This document shows positions 40,772 to 53,282 of a DNA stretch of 64,000 nucleotides, one piece after another. Numbering within the stretch: position 1 is the first letter of the stretch; every line of letters starts with the position of its first letter. This DNA is from Escherichia phage F2. Below the pieces are notes generated by a model. The model was given only the letters and a program-made list of their open reading frames with translations. It was not told where the DNA came from and did not search any database. The stretch is from the sequence record NC_054913.1. One strand, 5' to 3'. Both the position numbers and the translations under genes were made by a program.

Positions 40772-42220
40772 TTAAGCTGTAGGAAGTTCAACCCATGCAC
40801 CATCTTTGCGAACATAGAATTTACCGTCTGAAGGAGCATCTTCAATATATCCAGCTTCCTTAAGAGTTTGGATTTCAGCTTCTGCAGCGGCCAAATCAGT
40901 TTCAAGAGTAGCAATTCTAGAAGTTAAACCATTAATTGTCGTATCATGACTTTTAACTGTAGGCAATATACCACGTTCTTCAACAGTCGAACCATTTGGG
41001 TTGGTGCCATTTATAAGAGTATTTAATGTGTTTACAGAACCCTTAATCCCTGTGGTATTAGTCCCAACATCAGTTTGAATGTTCTGAACGTCATTACTCA
41101 TCTCACCGATAGATCCTTCAAGCGCTCGAGTACGATAAAGCAAAGAGCCGTCTGGTTCAGGTTTCCCACCTGAAGCGTCAACACCGACTACGTTATTTAA
41201 CCATGACACATTAAAACGCAATCCTGACGAAGAATCAGAGCCGACAACAGTGTTCAATGCTCCGATAGCATCAGTATTGAGTTTAATACGTCCTTGGATT
41301 GTAGTAGGCAAATCATCGGTGCCGATGGCAGTTTCTACTGTAGTCAAACGAGGTTTAATACCACCTGATTGATTGAGCTCAAGATTAATGTCGTTTATTG
41401 CTGAACTATTCGCATTAGTTGTAGTAATAATGGAAGTCGTATTAGGATACCCAATAGACTGTTTAATGCCATCTAAGTCAGCATTTTGTCGCGACAAAGT
41501 TAAATCAATACCGGAAAGACGACTAAATACTGGAGTAGTGAAAGAAGTGCGAGGTCCCATTTCTTCGCGTAAGTGTTCGACTTCACTAGTTAAAGAGCCG
41601 ACGTCAGAATCAGCAAATTTAGTTTCTAAATCAGTTAATCGAACACCGTGGTCAACAATCACGGAGCTATTAGTCATAATACGGCGTTTCATACCAGTGC
41701 TATCATTTCCTGGAGTAGGAACCCCATTAATATCTTGACCGGTATATTGTCCTAATTCATTTTTAATCCAAAGCAGGTCGTTACGAACAGTTCTATAAAC
41801 TGAATCTGTTTCCTGATTATAAACACCAATATCATCAGTATTCGCATCAATATGTTCATTCAAATCATTCAATTCACTAGCATGGGTTTGAACTGTGACT
41901 TTAATGACATCGATATCTTGGGTGTTCTGACCTATCTGCGCAAGAGCATCAACATCCCCAGAAACATCTAAAATACCTTGAATAACTTTGATATCTTTAT
42001 TGGCTGTATTCAGAGAAGATGCTATAGTTTTAATATTAACATCTAACGCTTCTACGTTACGTTGAACTTCAACAATAGGACGGTTCATTACACCTTCAGA
42101 ACCGTATTTTGTGTCAGCACCTGTTATTTCTTCATCGTTTTTAATCCATTCAATACGACTCTGACCCGCGTCTGGTGGGCCGTCAACATATGGTAAATCT
42201 ACCAGAGTTATATCAGTCAT
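40772..42220 (-). CDS. wac: fibritin (whisker) Wac
   Basis: 482 aa; C-terminal foldon GYIEDAPSDGKFYVRKDGAWVEL. Confidence 0.85.
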   Translation of the reverse strand: MTDITLVDLPYVDGPPDAGQSRIEWIKNDEEITGADTKYGSEGVMNRPIVEVQRNVEALDVNIKTIASSLNTANKDIKVIQGILDVSGDVDALAQIGQNTQDIDVIKVTVQTHASELNDLNEHIDANTDDIGVYNQETDSVYRTVRNDLLWIKNELGQYTGQDINGVPTPGNDSTGMKRRIMTNSSVIVDHGVRLTDLETKFADSDVGSLTSEVEHLREEMGPRTSFTTPVFSRLSGIDLTLSRQNADLDGIKQSIGYPNTTSIITTTNANSSAINDINLELNQSGGIKPRLTTVETAIGTDDLPTTIQGRIKLNTDAIGALNTVVGSDSSSGLRFNVSWLNNVVGVDASGGKPEPDGSLLYRTRALEGSIGEMSNDVQNIQTDVGTNTTGIKGSVNTLNTLINGTNPNGSTVEERGILPTVKSHDTTINGLTSRIATLETDLAAAEAEIQTLKEAGYIEDAPSDGKFYVRKDGAWVELPTA

Positions 42221-43803
42221 TATTTTACCTTAATGATATAGTTTAAAGAAATATTCCATGGGCGAGTTTCATTTCCAATTAATTCCGGACGATTCATGGT
42301 ATATTTAGAGTTACGCTGAGACGCTGGATCAATTTCATATCCCTCGTTAGTAAAATACGAACGGTTATCCCAGTCAAGTCCTTTACGAGTACCAACAAAG
42401 TTTGAACGACGAGTATTACCAAATGCACCGGAATCGTCATGTTCACCAAAACCACCAGCATGCTTATGATATGACATCTGTTGTTTTTGCACTTCACCAA
42501 CATATCCACCAGTACAACCTACCGCCAGACGAGGCTTACCGAATTGGTCATTACCATTAACATTAGGGTTAGTTAAATGGTTACCACGACCTGAGCCGCG
42601 AACAAATAATCCACGCATATCAGGCAAGCCTGGGTTAGAAGAACTACCACCATATCGTGTCCCAATTCTGGAAGCATATACCGGACATTCTGAAGCAGAA
42701 ACAGTCCCACCGTGACAGAAACGCCAGTCAGAACTCGGTAAACTATCTGCAGCCCACATTGTAATAGCGCCAACTGGAAGAATTCGGTCTAATTCATTTT
42801 GAGTCACAATACGATTGCCTTGAATATAACCACCAGTCATATTGACATTACCCGTTATATTAGCGCCACCAGAACCAACCGTCAACGTATTATTAATGCG
42901 AAGCGTGCCATTAATAGTTTGTCCACCTCGTTGGTGGATAACATCAGCATTCCAAGCAAGGGCAGAAGAACCATCACCACCTGATTGGCTACCCGCTTGT
43001 GTAGTTAAACGAACAACTCCACGTAAAGAAGTTGTAGCCCCACGCCCGTTTAATGTTGCGCCGGTCACTACAACTGAAGAGTTGTTACTATTTACTTCAG
43101 TCTGTGTCCCTAGTTTAACGACACCTTTATTAGTTTCTGATGCTACTGAATTCATAAAGGTATAAGGTGAAATTGCATAGCCTTCACGCAGGGTGCCTTG
43201 TTGTGCTTGAGCAACTGTAGCCAAACGAACAACACCTGTAATAGATTCGGTGGCGTCACTATTATTTGGAGCAATTTGCGAAATAAGTTTAATTGCTAAT
43301 TGTTGCGTTTTTAACGGAGTCATTGCCGTTGTATCGTCAGAACCAGCTAATGCCGCGGCAGAAGTTGAAATTTTAATTACACCATTTGTTGCTTCTGTTG
43401 ACACTTTTGTCTGAAATACATTGTCTATTTTTTGATTCAATTTAAGCGGAGTAATTGATGCATCGTCAATAGCTCCGGTTACTGCTTCATCTTCAGTAGC
43501 ATAACGAGTTAAGCCATATTGTGTTTCGGTTGCATTAGGATATTGTAGACGAGCATTCAGTGTTGCCGGAGTAACAGCTTTACTATTATCTAATCCATCA
43601 ATAACTTCTTGTGGAGTAGCTATTTGAATAATTCCTGGTGTAGTAGTTGTTGCTTCCGGTACGCCATTAACACCTGAAGGAGAAATAGCAGCTAATGCGG
43701 CTTGGACATTAGTGACTGTATCTGGAAAATTCGACCCCGTAGGGTCGAATTCAACGTAAATGGATTCGTTTGAAACGTGTTGGTATGTATTGTTATTACT
43801 CAT
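42220..43803 (-). CDS. 12: short tail fibre protein gp12
   Basis: 527 aa as T4 gp12. Confidence 0.85.
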   Translation of the reverse strand: MSNNNTYQHVSNESIYVEFDPTGSNFPDTVTNVQAALAAISPSGVNGVPEATTTTPGIIQIATPQEVIDGLDNSKAVTPATLNARLQYPNATETQYGLTRYATEDEAVTGAIDDASITPLKLNQKIDNVFQTKVSTEATNGVIKISTSAAALAGSDDTTAMTPLKTQQLAIKLISQIAPNNSDATESITGVVRLATVAQAQQGTLREGYAISPYTFMNSVASETNKGVVKLGTQTEVNSNNSSVVVTGATLNGRGATTSLRGVVRLTTQAGSQSGGDGSSALAWNADVIHQRGGQTINGTLRINNTLTVGSGGANITGNVNMTGGYIQGNRIVTQNELDRILPVGAITMWAADSLPSSDWRFCHGGTVSASECPVYASRIGTRYGGSSSNPGLPDMRGLFVRGSGRGNHLTNPNVNGNDQFGKPRLAVGCTGGYVGEVQKQQMSYHKHAGGFGEHDDSGAFGNTRRSNFVGTRKGLDWDNRSYFTNEGYEIDPASQRNSKYTMNRPELIGNETRPWNISLNYIIKVK

Positions 43804-44459
43804 GAGGCTCTCACAAAGTGGTAGAAAACGGTAGGAGTGTTATGGTTATCAAGAGTAACCGTTTGGGCACCCAATAAATTCCATGTTCCGTATCCGGATT
43901 TTGCTTCAGACAAAATTTCTTGTGAAATTGTTACACCAAACGAAGCATATGTTGGCAACACATGACGTTGGTTATCTAAATATGTCACCTGAAGTTTATT
44001 ACCTTCGGTCGGATGGTCTTTATAAGAAGAAATAGCGATTTGATTAGCAATGGCTTCTTGTAAAGCTATACGAACTTGTGCCGTTAATTCGTTATCAGTC
44101 ATACCGATTGTTGCTTTAACAGCAAGTCCAAATACGTTAATAACGACCGGCGTTCCAGGGGCCAAAGTATCGTCGAGAACATCACCAGAAAAAGTCCAAT
44201 AATCAACTTGTGCTGTACCTTCAGGCGATACGCCTGAAGTGTTTGTGACAACAGTACCAATATCAGCTCGTGCCATATTATGGACATCATTTATTGCAGA
44301 TTCTACGTTAGCATCATAAAAACCGCGAGCTAACTGAGAAATAGTCACTGAACCTACAGCTTGGTTGTTTAAAACATCAATTTGAGCTGGATTTTTTCTG
44401 TAATTCAAAAAATCAGCATGACGGGAAATAACTCCCGCCTTTGTATTAAGTACAGTCAT
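43800..44459 (-). CDS. 11: baseplate wedge / short-fibre attachment protein gp11
   Basis: 219 aa from internal ATG ([13 protein letters not shown]...), as T4 gp11. Confidence 0.8.
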   Translation of the reverse strand: MTVLNTKAGVISRHADFLNYRKNPAQIDVLNNQAVGSVTISQLARGFYDANVESAINDVHNMARADIGTVVTNTSGVSPEGTAQVDYWTFSGDVLDDTLAPGTPVVINVFGLAVKATIGMTDNELTAQVRIALQEAIANQIAISSYKDHPTEGNKLQVTYLDNQRHVLPTYASFGVTISQEILSEAKSGYGTWNLLGAQTVTLDNHNTPTVFYHFVRAS

Positions 44460-46264
44460 TATGCAATCCTTACCCAACGGTATACAGTTATAGATGGCTG
44501 AATATTAGTTATAGAACGCGCTGGAACATGAGATCCGTTAGTCTTTGCATGGTCTTCACGATATTTAGTGTAAATAGGACCTTCTTCATCTGGGTCATAT
44601 TGGCAACCGCCTATAATTACTGTACCATTATCATCAGAAATAAGAACCTTTTCATCGGTTTGCGTAGCTGGTAAATCAGCATTTTCTAATGTGATGGTTG
44701 TTACACCAACGGTACCACCTGCGGTATGAGTAGGGTTACCATTGATGTCAAGGTCATTATTATTTAATGCAAAATTAGGATCCGACGCGTCGTCATTCCA
44801 ACCTGCTAATACTTTGCCTTGTCCCCAAATTTTCCACGAACCAAAACCTAAATAAGTTGCCGGATTATTAGGGTTAACCGCATTTTCGTAAATAGTCCCG
44901 ACAGGATAAATTGTATCAAATATTGCTGAGATAGTCGAGAATTCACGTTCATACTTAGGAACAGGTTCTACATTAGGCCATCCAATTTTATCGAAATCGG
45001 TTAATGCAACGTCACCAGTAATTTCAATGTTAGACCCTTGAGAAACATATTTCTCATCAGCGACATCAAGGATTTCGTCCATTTCAAGAAGAGTTCCTAA
45101 ATCGTTATTAAACCATGTGATGGTAATAATGTCTTGGTCTTCAAATTGACGATCAAACAAAATTGCGCTAGGGATATTATCAGTATACTCAATCGCATAA
45201 TCTGTATACGATTGAGTCCATGTCCCGCCGAGGTTTGTGCATGACTCTTCAGAATCAGCATCCACACCTTCACAACGGAAAATAGGAGTACCAACAGTGC
45301 CAGCTAATTCTTGGAGAATACCATTGAAGCGAACTTCTAACGAATTCGGGTTAGGTGGTTCCGTAGGATTAATACCAAATGCTGTAAATGGAATAGACCG
45401 GAACGTACTCAAATCAGTGACGTAAATACTTCCGTCAATAGACTTTTTAGCAGTCAATTTACTATCTAAAATGCGAACTTGGCGACGAGTATATGAACTA
45501 CGCCACTGAGAAACACCATCTAGGAATGTCTCAATTTGTACGGTGTCCCCAACATTACATGGTTGGCGTAATCTGATATTAAATCCATCAAGTGCAACCA
45601 GTTCACCGGGATTAGCGCCTGGAGAACCAAAATCACTATTATCACTGAATACATCACCATAATACAATTCGTTGCCACGATGTTTTACGCGAATGTTGTT
45701 AACGTTATAAGAGGTCCCGTTAAAAACATCCATGAAATCGGTCTGTCCTTGGGTTTCAACCAGATATTCTCTACGAGCAACATTACTAATGTCAGAGCTA
45801 ACTATTTTATCAATTTGTTTGTTCTTGATATATTCCCAACGTCCAGGAGCACAATAAACTAATTCTAAATCAGAGAACTGAACGTTAATTTCTACCGGAG
45901 ATGAAGAACCTTTAATCGTGTCTCCGTTTGCCGGAATTAAAGTAACAGGGTTAATGTTCCAAGTTGCAAATACGTCACGAGCACGAATAACTTTATTATA
46001 GTCTGCAATTGTCCCTTTAGGAAGATTTACCGAAACCCGGCCAGAAGTAGTATTAATTGCATAAGATTTACCCCAAGCCGCCTTAAGATTAAGACCATCA
46101 GCCGCATCATAAGTCTTCCATGCGCCAGCGGAATAAGGAACTTCACCATCACCTAATTCATAATAGATTTCGTCAAAGTTCTCATTTATTTTTTCACCAC
46201 CTCGACGAAGGTAATCGCCTTGTCCGTCATCAACGACGTTACCAATTTTAATATTTTGTTTCAT
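44459..46264 (-). CDS. 10: baseplate wedge protein gp10
   Basis: 601 aa versus T4 602. Confidence 0.8.
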   Translation of the reverse strand: MKQNIKIGNVVDDGQGDYLRRGGEKINENFDEIYYELGDGEVPYSAGAWKTYDAADGLNLKAAWGKSYAINTTSGRVSVNLPKGTIADYNKVIRARDVFATWNINPVTLIPANGDTIKGSSSPVEINVQFSDLELVYCAPGRWEYIKNKQIDKIVSSDISNVARREYLVETQGQTDFMDVFNGTSYNVNNIRVKHRGNELYYGDVFSDNSDFGSPGANPGELVALDGFNIRLRQPCNVGDTVQIETFLDGVSQWRSSYTRRQVRILDSKLTAKKSIDGSIYVTDLSTFRSIPFTAFGINPTEPPNPNSLEVRFNGILQELAGTVGTPIFRCEGVDADSEESCTNLGGTWTQSYTDYAIEYTDNIPSAILFDRQFEDQDIITITWFNNDLGTLLEMDEILDVADEKYVSQGSNIEITGDVALTDFDKIGWPNVEPVPKYEREFSTISAIFDTIYPVGTIYENAVNPNNPATYLGFGSWKIWGQGKVLAGWNDDASDPNFALNNNDLDINGNPTHTAGGTVGVTTITLENADLPATQTDEKVLISDDNGTVIIGGCQYDPDEEGPIYTKYREDHAKTNGSHVPARSITNIQPSITVYRWVRIA

Positions 46265-47136
46265 TATTGAGCGACCCCAATTTTCTGAGTTGAGATAATT
46301 TTAACTGCCGAACGTAATCCAATAATATCAGATGTAATCGTCATAGTAACAAAGTTGTTAATAATACTAAAGCTAATATTAGCAATCTCGTCGGTTTCAT
46401 CTACATTACCAACTCGCATTACTGCAAATTCGGTAGAAAGAACTTCTGAGTTAATTGTATCTATTAGAATATTTATTTCGCATGTTTTTATTTTTCTACC
46501 GTCAGCGGATTGGCATGTAACAAGCAATTTAGCCATGTTATAATCTGTACGATAAAAGAGAGGAATAGAAACTGTGTTTCCTGTAAGACTCCAAGTCCCA
46601 TCGACAGGAGATTCTTTCTGCCCAAACATGCTATCAGTAGAATAATTCCATACTGAAGTTGGCCCATTAATTTCAATACAACGAAGAACAACATGGGTAT
46701 AAGGGGTGGAAATAACAAGATTATTAAGAACGCCTTTAATTGAACCATCGGTTACTTGGATACTTAAAGGATTGTTAACAGAAATAGACCCATTAGAGTT
46801 TATGAATTCTACAGAGTCACCTAATTCAGGACGGTCAATAATAACAATCACACCGCCATCAGAAGCATCAATATCATGCATGGTGCCAGGTTTAATAGGA
46901 GTTTGATAATCGACAGCCTTTCCTTTTTGATAATAGCCTGTGGCATGAATAGTTTGACCTGTTGGTCCGGTTCCATCTGCTACGGCCATTTTACGTTGAT
47001 CGCCAAATGCATTGTAAATAGCGTTGATATCGTCATTTATTTTATTACCACCGTCGAATAAGATATCACCTGTTGAGGCATTACCAATTTCGCCGGTATC
47101 GATTAATTGTTTAGGAGTTTGCTTAAAAAATGCCAT
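46264..47136 (-). CDS. 9: baseplate wedge / long-fibre socket protein gp9
   Basis: 290 aa versus T4 288. Confidence 0.8.
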   Translation of the reverse strand: MAFFKQTPKQLIDTGEIGNASTGDILFDGGNKINDDINAIYNAFGDQRKMAVADGTGPTGQTIHATGYYQKGKAVDYQTPIKPGTMHDIDASDGGVIVIIDRPELGDSVEFINSNGSISVNNPLSIQVTDGSIKGVLNNLVISTPYTHVVLRCIEINGPTSVWNYSTDSMFGQKESPVDGTWSLTGNTVSIPLFYRTDYNMAKLLVTCQSADGRKIKTCEINILIDTINSEVLSTEFAVMRVGNVDETDEIANISFSIINNFVTMTITSDIIGLRSAVKIISTQKIGVAQ

Positions 47137-47168
47137 AATTCTGCCTTTTGTTGTCCGATATTATATTC

Positions 47169-47176
47169 TATTTATA
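47169..47176 (-). promoter_or_regulatory. late promoter for gene 9
   Basis: TATTTATA on + 33 bp before the gene 9 start. Confidence 0.45.
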
Positions 47177-47187
47177 GATACAAAAAT

Positions 47188-47205
47188 GGGAGCCCGAAGG
47201 CTCCC
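47188..47205 (-). terminator. hairpin after gene 8
   Basis: GGGAGCC-CGAA-GGCTCCC. Confidence 0.45.
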
Positions 47206-47208
47206 TAA

Positions 47209-48213
47209 TTAAAACATAAACAAAATGTTAATTTCTTCTGTTTGGTCCATTGCCATAATAACAGGTGGTCGGTTTTCCATATAAATCATTTCACCGGAAT
47301 GACGCTGCAGGTCTCTAGGGTCGTAATAATCCTTTTCTGCTTTAACATTAGGGTCATTTGGATTTTTCTTAGCTTCTAACGGGTTTGTGATAATTGATAT
47401 CTGTCTAAAACCCTTGTTACCAGGCAAAGCTGCCTCAGGGAAATAAACAGAATCAAAATATGCTTTAAACCGCATCGTATTGGCTTTAACACGGTAAATC
47501 AAGCCGTAGTCATCTTGTTGCCAAGTTAAGTTATTTTCATATCCCCAACGGGCGGGGTCTTCTTTAATTTCTTCCGGCCATGGAACTACAAGATATTCAT
47601 TAGTGCAACGGTTAATTGACACATCGGCAGGAATCTCATAAAGGTATTCCCAAATATATCCATCACCGGTTTCGATAACCCCATTAGCATCGCCTCTGCC
47701 TTCAGGAGGAGACATAGAACGAACAGACGGAGTCCATTTACCACCTAATTTAAGACATTCATCTTTATTATCTAAAGATTCTATTGAACAGAGCCCTACG
47801 TCAGGGACATCTAAACAACGGTAAATTAACCAACCAGCTCCAACTTCTGTCGCGTTGTACGGAGCAGTATTACATGCGACTATATCGTTAATTCTAAACG
47901 TGTAAGGGTCTGGATATCGCACATCTCCCCAATCACGTCTAGGAATAACAGAATCTAACATTGAAGGTAAAACTTTAACGGTACCCATCATATGGGACCA
48001 CATATCAGTAACACCAAGAACAGAATCTGTAGGATAAGGTGGGGCGAAGCCCACCTCATTTTCATTTGACGCCCAAGGCTCTGAACGTCCAAACGTAATA
48101 TAAATGGAGTTCTTATCATCTCCATCCCCAACTGAATTATAAAAATTCAGCATTTTCTCTGTTCTAAATTTTGATGTAACTATTGCACGATAGATAACAC
48201 TTGAATCATTCAT
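47209..48213 (-). CDS. 8: baseplate wedge protein gp8
   Basis: 334 aa as T4 gp8. Confidence 0.8.
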   Translation of the reverse strand: MNDSSVIYRAIVTSKFRTEKMLNFYNSVGDGDDKNSIYITFGRSEPWASNENEVGFAPPYPTDSVLGVTDMWSHMMGTVKVLPSMLDSVIPRRDWGDVRYPDPYTFRINDIVACNTAPYNATEVGAGWLIYRCLDVPDVGLCSIESLDNKDECLKLGGKWTPSVRSMSPPEGRGDANGVIETGDGYIWEYLYEIPADVSINRCTNEYLVVPWPEEIKEDPARWGYENNLTWQQDDYGLIYRVKANTMRFKAYFDSVYFPEAALPGNKGFRQISIITNPLEAKKNPNDPNVKAEKDYYDPRDLQRHSGEMIYMENRPPVIMAMDQTEEINILFMF

Positions 48214-51200
48214 CTAATTTAACCTGTGGTGGATTCACGGGGTCTCTTGGATTTCCTACATTATCGATTAACCGTTGTTCAACCAAATCTCTAAATCTAG
48301 AGAATGTTGTTCCGGACGCATCAAATAATGGGCTCATCAGTTTACGTCGTTCCGATGGAAGTTGACCTTGAAATATAGAGTTATTGTTTTCAGCGTTATA
48401 ATCTTCAGGCAATGGATAATCTTGACCAGCCATAGGGCCTATTTCATATATCGCTTTACCTGTAATAGGGTCAAACTCAACATTTCCTTGTGGGTCTAAT
48501 TTAGCCACTCGGTCTGCATATTTAGTCGGTAATCCAGAATCCCACTTATAGTTTTTGTATTTATTAATAATGGTTTCAACATGTTTAAGTGTTAATCCAG
48601 TGTTAATAAACATTGTGAGAAGGGTAATTGCGATAAATCCAAATCCAACCGGATGAACAAAACGTAATACGTCTGATTTCCAACGAGATGATGGAAGTTT
48701 AGATTTAATCTTCATTACGTAGTATGCTCTACCACGATTTATGTAATCGATGTTGTTCTGAGAAAGCTCTTTACCTTTAATACCACGAACAATTTCACCT
48801 TCAAAACCAGGGAGTCTTTCAGCTTTAACTTCCTGTCCTTGGATTAAACGACCTAAGAGGTTGTGAATTGTTACAGCCCATTGTAATTTACCTTTAGAGT
48901 AACTTCTCTCGATATACGTCACATTACAACGTCCTGTAGCGGTGTATATGGTTTGTCCGACCAAATCTTCTGTCAACGAATCAGATTCAATGATGATATC
49001 ATATTCGGTCCCGGAACTAGATTCAATTTCAATTTCAACATCTTCATTATAAAGCACTTTAAACAAGAATTTATATGATGCTTCAGTTCCTTTAGTTGAA
49101 TAGAAGTCATAACTTCTTGATTCAAAGAAACGAGACACTAAATCGCGTTTTTCGGCGTTTAAGTAAATGTTTCGTTTATAAATCTCAGACCATAAATATT
49201 CCCACGCATGTTCTTCTCGTGGATATTGATTTTTAATAAGATTTAAAAGGTTGTTATAATGGGTCCCATAACCGTCAGAAAGATACTGAATATAAGCCTC
49301 GCAGAATGCTTCGAAGTTTGTATTATCTAAAAGATAAGACTCCGGCATCATTGTAGTGAGCAATGGTCGTAAATCTGGGTCCGCAATACCATTCTCTTCC
49401 ACAGGAGCCCATGTGGTATCTTTTTCTTGGTTTTGTAACGATGCTGTTAAGAATACATTAGTAGGCTTCCAAATTATAGAAACATTATCTCTAACACGGT
49501 AACTAAAATCATAATAAGAAATAATCTCACCTGATGCTTTATAGAAAATCATGCCGGATGCATATTTTTTAAATCCGGCGAAATCTACGTTAGGCATCAC
49601 TATTGTACAGTCTCCATCATTCCAATATTCATGAACTTCACGGTCTGAAGAACTAAGTGGGTGACTCTCAATAACCTTAGTGTAAAGTAAATCAGAATAA
49701 ATTACAACGGCCTTGTCTGAGTTATTAATCCAACAACGAGTACCAGACTTTCTAGAATAACTAAAGAATGGCTCAGCATAGTATTCCATCGGTTGAGGAG
49801 TGAACGATTCCCATTGAGAGTCTTCAGTTGAAATAAATGACATCATATGATAATGTTTATCAGCCAACCATTCGCGAGGATACTCGTATTTAACAGCACC
49901 GATTAAACCGTACTTGGTTTGTGTTTTTTGGTCATCAACAATATCTGATTCTAAAAATTTAAAATTACTAGATGAAATAGATAACTCAACACCATCAGTA
50001 GACATACTGGTGTACCCAGGTTCAATACGACGGCGTTCTTCTTCAGTATTACCAAACACACGTTTAAATGTGCCAGCATCATGGTCTAGAACGTAAACAC
50101 CTTTATCAGCAGAATCAACAATAGGAGTGGTCCTCGGGTCGTCATTAAGATTAACAACTTCACCGATAATCAGTGCAAATATTTTACCACCGACAGAATC
50201 CATTTTATAGCAAACTGCCTTAGGGTTACCTGTGATGTTAAATGTTTCTTGTTCAAACAAACGTTCGGAATATGTCGGAGATAATGGGTCTGAATCAATA
50301 GGGGCATTACTAGTTTTAATAAAACGGACTTTATCTCGAGCAGCAACATATACATAATCGTCATTGCAAACGATAGCTTCTGCAATACGTGATACGTTAG
50401 CAGGTAATGATGCGTAGTTACCAAATATTTCTACATCAAATCCTAAATTTAACTGGTCACCAATTTTAGCAAATGTTATATCTTGAGAACTAAATCTCAC
50501 ATCATCAGCAGACCAACGAACGTCAGTTGATTTACGGCCGTAAAATAATTTATCATACCCAAGAACATACGTGGTGTAATCTGTCTGGTAATACACTGTT
50601 CTTGATACAGGGTACCCTACACGGTCATTAAACAATTTAACCGATTTCCAGGTTTGTCCCTTATCATTAGAGACTTTAACCACAGGCTGATACCGTTCAA
50701 ACAAATAAAGAATTCCTTCGGATTCCATCAAATAAACACGGTTTATATCATGACACACCTGTTGAATCGAACCTTGAATTTCATGATACTCATTTTCACC
50801 AATAATGAAATTTTTAATAGATGAAATATCCGCATAAGCAGGGCTAAATTGGAACGATTCATTCATTAGAGCTGCCATTATAGTGTCGTTATTAAAATCG
50901 ACATAAGCCGTGTTGTTATTTGTAAATTTTTCTCTAATAAAAGTATTAGCCAATTGCATTTCAATCATATGTTGAAATGTATACGCGTTAGTCTGAAATG
51001 ATTCAAATATTTCGGTATATACCCAATCAGATCTCTCGAAGCCTTCAGCGGCAGTTGATACACGAATAATATAAGAAGTTAATGGGTCTAAGCTACTTTC
51101 GAACCAGTTGCTATTAGGAGTATATCCTAAATTTGTCCATCTGTAGCTGGCAGGGGGAATTATTTCCCCGTCTGCCGTTTTAGTCTCAGCGATTTCTACG

Positions 51201-51304
51201 AAATAGTAGAAATTAGCACCAACGTCATCCCAGCGTATTTGAACTTGGTTAGCGGACAACTTGGATATTCTGAGACTTGTGACTGCTGGCGCTTTTACTG
51301 TCAT
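48206..51304 (-). CDS. 7: baseplate wedge initiator gp7
   Basis: 1032 aa as T4 gp7. Confidence 0.85.
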   Translation of the reverse strand: MTVKAPAVTSLRISKLSANQVQIRWDDVGANFYYFVEIAETKTADGEIIPPASYRWTNLGYTPNSNWFESSLDPLTSYIIRVSTAAEGFERSDWVYTEIFESFQTNAYTFQHMIEMQLANTFIREKFTNNNTAYVDFNNDTIMAALMNESFQFSPAYADISSIKNFIIGENEYHEIQGSIQQVCHDINRVYLMESEGILYLFERYQPVVKVSNDKGQTWKSVKLFNDRVGYPVSRTVYYQTDYTTYVLGYDKLFYGRKSTDVRWSADDVRFSSQDITFAKIGDQLNLGFDVEIFGNYASLPANVSRIAEAIVCNDDYVYVAARDKVRFIKTSNAPIDSDPLSPTYSERLFEQETFNITGNPKAVCYKMDSVGGKIFALIIGEVVNLNDDPRTTPIVDSADKGVYVLDHDAGTFKRVFGNTEEERRRIEPGYTSMSTDGVELSISSSNFKFLESDIVDDQKTQTKYGLIGAVKYEYPREWLADKHYHMMSFISTEDSQWESFTPQPMEYYAEPFFSYSRKSGTRCWINNSDKAVVIYSDLLYTKVIESHPLSSSDREVHEYWNDGDCTIVMPNVDFAGFKKYASGMIFYKASGEIISYYDFSYRVRDNVSIIWKPTNVFLTASLQNQEKDTTWAPVEENGIADPDLRPLLTTMMPESYLLDNTNFEAFCEAYIQYLSDGYGTHYNNLLNLIKNQYPREEHAWEYLWSEIYKRNIYLNAEKRDLVSRFFESRSYDFYSTKGTEASYKFLFKVLYNEDVEIEIESSSGTEYDIIIESDSLTEDLVGQTIYTATGRCNVTYIERSYSKGKLQWAVTIHNLLGRLIQGQEVKAERLPGFEGEIVRGIKGKELSQNNIDYINRGRAYYVMKIKSKLPSSRWKSDVLRFVHPVGFGFIAITLLTMFINTGLTLKHVETIINKYKNYKWDSGLPTKYADRVAKLDPQGNVEFDPITGKAIYEIGPMAGQDYPLPEDYNAENNNSIFQGQLPSERRKLMSPLFDASGTTFSRFRDLVEQRLIDNVGNPRDPVNPPQVKLDE

Positions 51305-53274
51305 TGTGAAATAGGCTCCAAATCTATAGTTAAGTACTGAGGACGTAAGTCATTTTCGAATACGATTAAAGAACCATCCTTTGTAAAAATAATATCATCT
51401 GCAGGGTCGGAATAAAGTTCAATTGTTTGAACTTCAAAACGGTCTGAAGTGAGGTCAATTTTAGCAATGTTCCAATAAATCGAATCGGCAGGATAATTCA
51501 CTTCACCAATTGAATAGTATTTGTTTCGTCCGTCAGTAACAGTAAGTTTATTAAAATCATTACCTGTATAAGGTTGTATATTTTCGTTTTCAACAACATC
51601 ACCGTCTGCAAATGGACCAATAATAACTTGACCTATGCCACGGTCATTACGGTCAGAAGATACTATGCGAACACCGTATTTAATAGTTTCGTTTGCATTT
51701 TCTGGATTAGGTCTGTGCGAATCAAACGAGAATATATTAGATTCCATCGATCTATCTTTAATCTGATTATTGTATTTAATACCGGCCTCAGGCGTTTTAT
51801 AGAAGTTTTGTACTTCGCGAACCATTTGAATAGTAGCTGAAGAACCAATAATAGAAATATCTGCATCATCGACATAAGTTAGCATTTTAGATTTTGCAAA
51901 TGATGAGTTAAAAATTTCTACATCTTCAATATAATAACGGTCTATTTTATTAATAATCTGCCCTTCAAGATATTGTTCTGATTCCTGGAGTTTATTCAAC
52001 GCGTACGTAACTTTGATATTCATTTTGATAAACAAATAATCAGGCGAAATAACAACAGGTGTAATAGTCCCTAAGTTATAATCATTCAAATAGTTTTTGA
52101 TATCATCACGTTGAACAGAAGTCAAATACAATCCAGATTTAGGCTTAGCAGCAATATATGCGTACCCTGGTTTAGATGAATCCGTGAATGTTTGAACAGC
52201 TTGAATAATAGAACCAAACCGCTCAGAGACGAATGTGTCATAGTCGGAAGCGGTTACACAACGTTGTTGAGTTTCGCGTTTAATTGTGCCTAATTCGCGG
52301 ATACGTTCAATATCTTCAGGGTCGCCGCCACCATCGGCCCCAACAAAGTCTGGGTTATTGCTAGGGTTCTCGTTAATACCGATTACCGTGATATTAGCTA
52401 ATGTATCAGCATAAGAAAATCCTACAGCACCGTTAGCATCTGCGCCGTTAGTAGAAATATACTCAATTACGATTTTAGAACCCTGAACAGGTTTAAGGCC
52501 ACCAATATAGTTAGATGTTAACGCACCTTCTGATGTGTTAATAGAGATTTCGCCTTCACCAAAATAAAATTCAGTGTTCCCATCAACTGTTTCACGCATA
52601 TAATAGATTGTTGACGTAGAACCAGCGTGAACCATCGACTTACGAGTCCAGTTAATCCATTCTGCTCCGTCAACATACAACTTAACCAAATTACGGTCAA
52701 TATTCTTATCACGAATAATGATAGGTTTTAATCTATCAAATGTTAATTCAGTGCGAACAATACGTCCTTGAGCTAATCGAAGACGTGGAAAATATTGGTT
52801 ATTTTTGTCTTTAACTACAATGACATCTTCAGTAGAAACAAAGTTATACGGGTTAACAGAAGTATCTTTAGCGTATGCTAAGAAACGAGTGCCACGTGGA
52901 ATGGTGATATAGTTTCTATTTAATGCATCAGTACATGTGAGCATAATTTCTGTTTGTGCTGCTGATTTAGATGAAGGCAGATATCCGTTATCTTGAGCCG
53001 CTTGTACAACAGAACTACGCAAGTTTGCAGTACGCATAAAACTTTCATACACTGCACTATTACTGAACTGTTGGATGTAAAGAGTGTTATATGCTAAAAG
53101 GTCACACAATACGTTTAAACGCGAACCTTCAAAATCATAATCAAGAAATTCATTCTGTCCATTGAGCCATTCGATAATGTTCTGTTTGATTTCGGCAAAT
53201 GTGCCCCCGATAAAAATCTCGGGAATAGCATTCGCTGTTCGGGTTAATTGATAATTTACAGGAGTGTTTGCCAT
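51301..53274 (-). CDS. 6: baseplate wedge protein gp6
   Basis: 657 aa from internal ATG (MANTPVNYQL...) preceded by AGGA; track ORF extends 19 codons upstream. Confidence 0.85.
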   Translation of the reverse strand: MANTPVNYQLTRTANAIPEIFIGGTFAEIKQNIIEWLNGQNEFLDYDFEGSRLNVLCDLLAYNTLYIQQFSNSAVYESFMRTANLRSSVVQAAQDNGYLPSSKSAAQTEIMLTCTDALNRNYITIPRGTRFLAYAKDTSVNPYNFVSTEDVIVVKDKNNQYFPRLRLAQGRIVRTELTFDRLKPIIIRDKNIDRNLVKLYVDGAEWINWTRKSMVHAGSTSTIYYMRETVDGNTEFYFGEGEISINTSEGALTSNYIGGLKPVQGSKIVIEYISTNGADANGAVGFSYADTLANITVIGINENPSNNPDFVGADGGGDPEDIERIRELGTIKRETQQRCVTASDYDTFVSERFGSIIQAVQTFTDSSKPGYAYIAAKPKSGLYLTSVQRDDIKNYLNDYNLGTITPVVISPDYLFIKMNIKVTYALNKLQESEQYLEGQIINKIDRYYIEDVEIFNSSFAKSKMLTYVDDADISIIGSSATIQMVREVQNFYKTPEAGIKYNNQIKDRSMESNIFSFDSHRPNPENANETIKYGVRIVSSDRNDRGIGQVIIGPFADGDVVENENIQPYTGNDFNKLTVTDGRNKYYSIGEVNYPADSIYWNIAKIDLTSDRFEVQTIELYSDPADDIIFTKDGSLIVFENDLRPQYLTIDLEPISQ

Positions 53275-53282
53275 TTTAATTC